NCBI RefSeq assembly: GCF_000018465.1
Contig: NC_010085.1
Span: 1,140,001 to 1,172,000, forward strand
DNA from: Nitrosopumilus maritimus SCM1
GTDB lineage: Archaea; Thermoproteota; Nitrososphaeria; Nitrososphaerales; Nitrosopumilaceae
DNA: 32,000 nucleotides
Direction: 5' to 3'
Every line of letters begins with the position of its first letter. Position 1 is the stretch's first letter. Below, in pieces: positions 27,007 to 32,000 of the stretch. The position numbers and the translations under genes were made by a program. A model generated the notes under the pieces. It was not told the DNA's origin and ran no database searches. It saw nothing but the letters and a program-made list of their open reading frames with translations.

Positions 27007-27864
27007 TTATTTTGAGTGGTTATCAACATAGATTGCTTTGAGGGTATCTGTTTTACTAAGGACACCTCCAAGTTTTCCATTGATTTTTACACCTAGACCA
27101 TTAATCTTGTTTTGTGCCATAACTTTACAAGCTACAGTTAACTCTTCTTCAAAATCTATTGTTTCAAATGATTTTGTCATGACATCTTTTGCCATAGTTG
27201 TTGCTCCGAATCCAGAGTCAGACAAAAATCCTTTTCTAGTAAACACCACAGAGATTGCATCATCAGCATTATCAAGAACAGCATCAGTATTTCCCTTCTC
27301 TAATGCAACATGAAATAAATCACGAAAAGTCAAAATGCCTTCAGGATCATTTTCTTTATTCTTTAGAAAAATTCTAGAGATTTTCTCTTCAACCATTTTT
27401 TGTACAACATCCTTTAGATAGTCATCAGAGTTTGCTGCAATGTAGGATATTGTCATAATATCTCCAACCGTGTGTTTGCCCACATAGTTTTGAGAATAAT
27501 ATTTTGCAATGTCTGTTTTTGTTATTATTCCAACAAGTTCATTTTGAGATGAAGATACTCCTAAAGAACCGATATTTTGTTCAAGCATAAGCTCTACGCA
27601 CTTTTCAACACTCATTGATTCATTGACGGATGTGAAATTATTCATAATCTGCGAGGCAGGGATATCTGCAAGATTTCTTTCAGTATCATCAGTGAGAAGA
27701 AACAATCCAATGTCCTTTTCTGTAATTATTCCAACAGGTGAATTTCCTTGGGTAAGAACAATCCGACTGATGTTGTCCTTTAGCATCTTTGTGATGATTT
27801 TGTCTAGAGATTCATTACTATCAGATGTAATTGGTTTTTGAGAGATAGAAACTAGTTCAGACAA
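27007..27864 (-). CDS. Tandem CBS-domain protein
   Basis: Repeated ...GNSPVGIITEKDIGLFL, ...SSQNELVGIITKTDIAKYY, ...DPEGILTFRDLF, ...LGGVLSKTDTLKAI. Confidence 0.9.
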   Translation of the reverse strand: MSELVSISQKPITSDSNESLDKIITKMLKDNISRIVLTQGNSPVGIITEKDIGLFLLTDDTERNLADIPASQIMNNFTSVNESMSVEKCVELMLEQNIGSLGVSSSQNELVGIITKTDIAKYYSQNYVGKHTVGDIMTISYIAANSDDYLKDVVQKMVEEKISRIFLKNKENDPEGILTFRDLFHVALEKGNTDAVLDNADDAISVVFTRKGFLSDSGFGATTMAKDVMTKSFETIDFEEELTVACKVMAQNKINGLGVKINGKLGGVLSKTDTLKAIYVDNHSK

Positions 27865-27872
27865 AAAGACAC

Positions 27873-28289
27873 CTATTTTATCAGATACACAGGTATTTTG
27901 GATTTTTGAAGAACATGATTTGATACACTTCCAATCATATCTTTTGATGCACTTCCTGAACCAGTAGTACTCATTACAATGTGATCAAATTTTCCTGTTC
28001 TTGCAGTGTGAAGTGTCACATGTCCAGGGGAGCCTCTTAGAAGTTTGGTTGAAAACTTTACATTTTTGTTTCCTGCTCGTTTTTCTGCTTTTTTGAGTAG
28101 TATTTTTCCGTCTTCTTGGAGTTGTTTATCAAATGTTTTTGTTCGTGGGCCTCCATCAATAACATGAGGAATTACATGAATGCAAGTAACTTGTCCATGA
28201 GTGAATCCTGCTAAAGTTAAGGCTCTATCTAAGGCTTGAAAGGATTTTTTTGAACCATCTAGTGGAACTAAAATTCTGTTAAGATCCAT
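27873..28289 (-). CDS. Universal stress protein family
   Basis: NRILVPLDGSKKSFQALDRAL...DHIVMSTTGSGSASKDMIGSVSNHVLQKSKIPVYLI. Confidence 0.88.
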   Translation of the reverse strand: MDLNRILVPLDGSKKSFQALDRALTLAGFTHGQVTCIHVIPHVIDGGPRTKTFDKQLQEDGKILLKKAEKRAGNKNVKFSTKLLRGSPGHVTLHTARTGKFDHIVMSTTGSGSASKDMIGSVSNHVLQKSKIPVYLIK

Positions 28290-28391
28290 AAATCATTTCC
28301 AAAAATACTTCCATATTAACAGTGAATCCTATTTTCACAAAAGAAATCAAGTATCATCATTGGAAAAATAAAAGAAAAAAGGAAAAAATTC

Positions 28392-29255
28392 CTAAAATCT
28401 TGGAACTACTCTAGATTTTGCAGTGACTGCTACGATGCTTATGATTGCAACAGCTAGTATCATCATTGCAATTGTACCAAATTCTGGAACAACGTTTGTG
28501 AATACTACTTCTTCACCAATTGGTCCTGTCTTTTCGTCAATACCATAACCTTGGAAGGTGATAGTAATGTCTACTGGGTCAGCAGAACTTAGGGGTGCAG
28601 TCATATGCATGCCAGTGCCTTCATGATGATGTGCACCTTCATCGTGCAAAACTTCATCACCGTTTTGTGTAACCATTATGTCATGATTAACATGTTCTGC
28701 ATCTTTGAACTCAATAGAAATTTCCATTGCTTCACCTGCAGTTGGGACTGAAGTCCAAATTGAAACCATTGTACCATCAGATAGCATACCCATTGCAGTT
28801 GCATCACCTTCTGGCATCATCATTTCGTCACTGTGTTCATCACCGTGCTCGTCACTGTGTTCGTCATGATCTCCTGATTCTTGTACAATAACTACACCTT
28901 GAATCCAAGGATGAATCATTGAAAAGTAAGAGTATTCTCCAGGTTCATCAAATGTATGGGTAAAGCTTTCTCCAGGACCAAGTAATCCAGAATCAAACAT
29001 ACCATCAGGTCCATCATCAGGATTTCCACTTGAAATTGTAGTATTTGATTCAGCATTGTTTGTCCAAATCACTTCTCCTCCAACATTAACTGTAACCTCA
29101 GAAGAAACAAGACATTCATCAGCAGTTTCACAACCAGGGAGGTTAGCGCCAGGAGCAACAGAGATCTCAGTTTGAGGATGATCTGCAAAAGCATTGATGC
29201 TTCCAGTACTAATAACCACAGTCATGATTGCCAATAGAACTGTTTTTGATTTCAT
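28392..29255 (-). CDS. Secreted cupredoxin-fold protein with His/Asp-rich linker and PEFG-CTERM-type sorting signal
   Basis: Signal peptide; EVTVNVGGEVIWTNNAESNTTISSG...GEYSYFSMIHPWIQG; DHDEHSDEHGDEHSDE; C-terminal VPEFGTIAMMILAVAIISIVAVTAKSRVVPRF. Confidence 0.85.
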   Translation of the reverse strand: MKSKTVLLAIMTVVISTGSINAFADHPQTEISVAPGANLPGCETADECLVSSEVTVNVGGEVIWTNNAESNTTISSGNPDDGPDGMFDSGLLGPGESFTHTFDEPGEYSYFSMIHPWIQGVVIVQESGDHDEHSDEHGDEHSDEMMMPEGDATAMGMLSDGTMVSIWTSVPTAGEAMEISIEFKDAEHVNHDIMVTQNGDEVLHDEGAHHHEGTGMHMTAPLSSADPVDITITFQGYGIDEKTGPIGEEVVFTNVVPEFGTIAMMILAVAIISIVAVTAKSRVVPRF

Positions 29256-29293
29256 ATAAAGAAGAATTTTGAAAATTTGTTAATTATTGATCT

Positions 29294-29314
29294 GGTACAT
29301 TTTTCAATTGTACC
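29294..29314. promoter_or_regulatory. Operator-like palindrome GGTACA-N9-TGTACC (site 1)
   Basis: GGTACATTTTTCAATTGTACC, perfect 6-bp arms. Confidence 0.5.
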
Positions 29315-29425
29315 AATTGTATTTTTTAGAACTTTGCGAAATTATGTTTGAGAAATGGGCTATAGTCTTCAGCTTGGTTTATTTTTCAATTTTTTTATCA
29401 ATTAAGAATTTTTGAAAAACAAACC

Positions 29426-29446
29426 AGTACAAATTAGAAATGTACC
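29426..29446. promoter_or_regulatory. Operator-like palindrome AGTACA-N9-TGTACC (site 2)
   Basis: AGTACAAATTAGAAATGTACC, 5-bp perfect core arms, same length and spacing as site 1. Confidence 0.5.
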
Positions 29447-29481
29447 AATTTGATTAAAATGAATTCAACTTAATCACATAC

Positions 29482-29571
29482 ATGACAGAATCAAATACAA
29501 CAAACAATACAAATTCTAAGAAAAAATGGTGGTCATTTTTTAGTAGAAAAAAACAAGAAAATCAAGTTTAG
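29482..29571 (+). CDS. Possible 29-aa basic microprotein
   Basis: MTESNTTNNTNSKKKWWSFFSRKKQENQV*. TTAAAAT at ~29454-29460 is about 25 nt upstream of ATG. Confidence 0.4.
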   Translation: MTESNTTNNTNSKKKWWSFFSRKKQENQV

Positions 29572-29599
29572 AAATAAAATAGGCCCTGAACCTATTTTG

Positions 29600-30037
29600 T
29601 TATTCTGTTCCTTTAGTTATCAATACAGGGCATTTAGCTTGTGCGACTACTCCGTTTGCAACACTTCCCAATACAAGCTTTCTAAAACCAGTTCTTCCAT
29701 GAGAACCAATTACAATAAGATCAACATTGTTCTTTTCAGCAAAAGATACTATTCCATCAGAAGGCGAAGGGTTGTGAATAACTTCCAGTGAAAATGGTAC
29801 ATTTTTGGCATTTGCTTGTGATTCTAGTTCTTTTAGCATAGCTGTTGCAGTGTCTGTCTCTTCATCTTGAATCTCCTGCATTCTTTCAAGTGAAATACCC
29901 GCAGATTCTGACACTTTGGATTGCAGAACAGTGGTAACGATAAGTTTTGATGCAAATTTTTCGGCAATCTCCAATGCTTTATCAAAAGCCTTTTGAGAAT
30001 AGCCTGAACCATCAAACGGAATCAAAATCTTTTCCAA
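29600..30037 (-). CDS. Universal stress protein (UspA family)
   Basis: MEKILIPFDGSGYSQKAFDKALEIA...VDLIVIGSHGRTGFRKLVLGSVANGVVAQAKCPVLI. Confidence 0.93.
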   Translation of the reverse strand: MEKILIPFDGSGYSQKAFDKALEIAEKFASKLIVTTVLQSKVSESAGISLERMQEIQDEETDTATAMLKELESQANAKNVPFSLEVIHNPSPSDGIVSFAEKNNVDLIVIGSHGRTGFRKLVLGSVANGVVAQAKCPVLITKGTE

Positions 30038-30132
30038 TAAAGTATGACATTATTTTGAATATTTATTCTTAAATTCAAAAATCAGGTATGATAATTATAG
30101 ATTCTAGTTCAGAACTTTGGTAGGTAAAATTT

Positions 30133-30906
30133 TCAGTGTTTAGGCAGATTGTTTTCATCCAGATATGCATCCCATGCAATGATGCCACCTTCTAAAACCT
30201 GAAAGTCAATTCCATGTTGTGCCAACTCGTATGTTGCTATGGTTGCACGATTGCCAGAACCACAAATAATTACTACTGGTTTATCAGTTGGGATTTCAGA
30301 CAAATTTTCTTCAATAAAGATATCTGCTAATGGAATGTTTTTGCTTCCTGAAATCATGGTAACTTCTAATTCAGAAGGTTCTCGTACATCAAGAAGATAA
30401 ACGTCATCTTGATTTTGTAATTGTTCATAGAGTTCTTCTGAAGAGGTTACAGTTGGAGTCATCTTTGTTGAAAGGTTTTCATCCCAAGACTGTATCCCAT
30501 CAACAAGAAAAGAGGTTTTAATTCCTGCATCATTCATAATTTGTGCTGAGTTTAATGCACTACTTTGGGAATCTCCAACAAGAACGACATGCATATTTTG
30601 TGTTACTTCAGGAATTCTGCCAAACATTGTTTTGATTCTCTTATCAAGTGTTGCACCTTCCATTACATCAACTGAAGAACCTGCAATATGTCCATCCACA
30701 TATGAGTTTGAATTCCGCATATCAATTACTACTAGATTAGGATCAAGTGTCATTTGTTGTTCTAGTTCACTTGAGGATATTGAAAATGGTTGATCAATAG
30801 GGATTGCTGAAGGAGTTGGTTCAACTTCATATCCGATAAATCCTGCAGCCATTGCAATTACCACAATTACAGCAATTCCAATTCCTACAGGTATTACTTT
30901 ATTCAA
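30133..30906 (-). CDS. Membrane-anchored tandem rhodanese-domain protein
   Basis: N-terminal TM; first domain VVIDMRNSNSYVDGHIAGS with no Cys in its active-site loop; second domain LLDVREPSELEV...VVIICGSGNRATIATYEL. Confidence 0.88.
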   Translation of the reverse strand: MNKVIPVGIGIAVIVVIAMAAGFIGYEVEPTPSAIPIDQPFSISSSELEQQMTLDPNLVVIDMRNSNSYVDGHIAGSSVDVMEGATLDKRIKTMFGRIPEVTQNMHVVLVGDSQSSALNSAQIMNDAGIKTSFLVDGIQSWDENLSTKMTPTVTSSEELYEQLQNQDDVYLLDVREPSELEVTMISGSKNIPLADIFIEENLSEIPTDKPVVIICGSGNRATIATYELAQHGIDFQVLEGGIIAWDAYLDENNLPKH

Positions 30907-30970
30907 TGAGATAATTTACTCTGAGCTTTACTTAAAGATAATCAAATGCTTTGAGAGTTGAATCAATCAT

Positions 30971-31528
30971 ATGAAATTTTTTCAGAGAAATGTATCAAAG
31001 TTGATATGTAAAAAACATCTAATCTATACATTGGATAGAAAGACAAAGATTCTAAAAATTATTCAAGCAAATCCTGGAATCCATGTTAGGGGAGTGATAA
31101 AAGAGTCTAGTTTTGAAAATGGTGTAGTTACACATTATTTGAGACAGTTAACAGAAGATGGAGTCGTAAGGACACAGAAACGTTCTAGATATCATAGGTA
31201 CTATCCAGTAGATGTTGAAGAAAAAGAGTTCCCAGTAATTAGGAATATGCGCAAGCCAACAAAAAAAGAGATACTCTTTAGAATTATGGTAGAAGGTAAT
31301 CCATCATTCAAAGATCTTACCCTAAAAATTGACAAAAGTCCTTCAACAATATCCTGGAATGTATCTGAACTTGTGAAAGAAGGAGTAGTTGAGAAATGCA
31401 AAAAAGATGGCAAGCAATGTTACAGGGTAAAAGACAAAGAACTTTTCAAAAAAACATTCAAAAAAGAATTCACTAAATTATTTGATGAAAAACTAGAGCA
31501 CTCTGAAGATATCTTTTTGGCATTATAG
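30971..31528 (+). CDS. Winged-helix transcriptional regulator, two HTH modules
   Basis: ILKIIQANPGIHVRGVIKESSFENGVVTHYLRQLTEDGVVRTQKRSRYHRYYP and NPSFKDLTLKIDKSPSTISWNVSELVKEGVVEKCKKDGKQCYRV. Confidence 0.88.
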   Translation: MKFFQRNVSKLICKKHLIYTLDRKTKILKIIQANPGIHVRGVIKESSFENGVVTHYLRQLTEDGVVRTQKRSRYHRYYPVDVEEKEFPVIRNMRKPTKKEILFRIMVEGNPSFKDLTLKIDKSPSTISWNVSELVKEGVVEKCKKDGKQCYRVKDKELFKKTFKKEFTKLFDEKLEHSEDIFLAL

Positions 31529-31586
31529 TGGTACATTCGACAAAATCGCCAAACCTGCTTTTTATCATAATGTGCTAGTTTTCACA

Positions 31587-32000
31587 ATGAAAGGATATCT
31601 AAAATATTCACTGTCTATTCCAGTGTTTGCAGCAGTATTTCTGCTTGCAGTAACTGCATTGCCAGCACAAGAACAACCTGCTGATGCATATGCAAGAACA
31701 GTAATGGTCCACATTACATCTGATGAGAATCACAGGGTATTGATGGGGGTTCAACATGCAAAGGCAATGCTAGATAGTGGAAAAAATGTTGCAGTTCTAC
31801 TTGATGTAGATGGCGTAAAAGCAGGGGTTAATCAACCAGACTCAAATCTATCTGCATCCAATGATCTTCTACAGCAATTTCTTGCAGACGGTGGAAGAGT
31901 AATTGCATGTCAGCACTGTGTTGGCATGGCAGGTTTCAGTATGAGTGATATGCTCCCAGGAGTTGAAATTGATTCACATCCAAACATGCCTAAAATGCAG
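31587..32000 (+). CDS. Secreted DsrE-like family protein (truncated by window end)
   Basis: MKGYLKYSLSIPVFAAVFLLAVTALPAQEQPADAYARTVMVHITSDENHRVLMGVQHAKAMLDSGKNVAVLLDVDGV...GGRVIACQHCVGMAGFSMSDMLPGVEI; open to base 32000. Confidence 0.75.
   Translation, partial: MKGYLKYSLSIPVFAAVFLLAVTALPAQEQPADAYARTVMVHITSDENHRVLMGVQHAKAMLDSGKNVAVLLDVDGVKAGVNQPDSNLSASNDLLQQFLADGGRVIACQHCVGMAGFSMSDMLPGVEIDSHPNMPKMQ

Noticed and set aside
1-32000. Defence islands, integrases, prophage, tRNA/rRNA genes, secondary metabolite clusters
   Set aside because: No supporting domains or tRNA-like T-arm/anticodon structures seen on reading; the content is core-genome-like.

Overview
The window carries ordinary thaumarchaeal (ammonia-oxidising, Nitrosopumilus-like) chromosome: HerA/Mre11/Rad50 repair genes, a histidine kinase and receiver pair, L15e/L31e/L39e ribosomal protein genes, a NirK-type multicopper oxidase, a class II fumarase, an archaeal/eukaryotic-type tRNA methylthiotransferase, a divergent FtsZ-like protein, a Nudix hydrolase, an MTHFR-like protein, a split MetH, an MFS transporter, stress/CBS genes and several secreted cupredoxin-type proteins. 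I found no CRISPR array, tRNA/rRNA, transposase, phage or recognisable defence system, and no clearly new multi-gene system. The best leads are smaller. (1) A 33-36 bp promoter-like element recurs at 3575, 7071 and 7247, next to two unannotated zinc-ribbon microproteins; one has a leader with a perfect-length 11-bp GNRA hairpin just upstream of an SD-like GGAG. (2) Two matching 21-bp operator-like palindromes (GTACA-N9-TGTAC core) flank a divergent intergenic region at 29.3-29.45 kb. (3) Two cupredoxin paralogues differ sharply: one is a Kazal-like/cupredoxin fusion with all Cu ligands, the other has lost three of four. (4) A 15-bp palindrome abuts the putative nirK-like TATA box. (5) The FtsZ-like protein lacks recognisable GTPase signature loops. 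(6) L31e has a roughly 100-residue charged repetitive tail. All calls come from reading the sequence; no database search was run.
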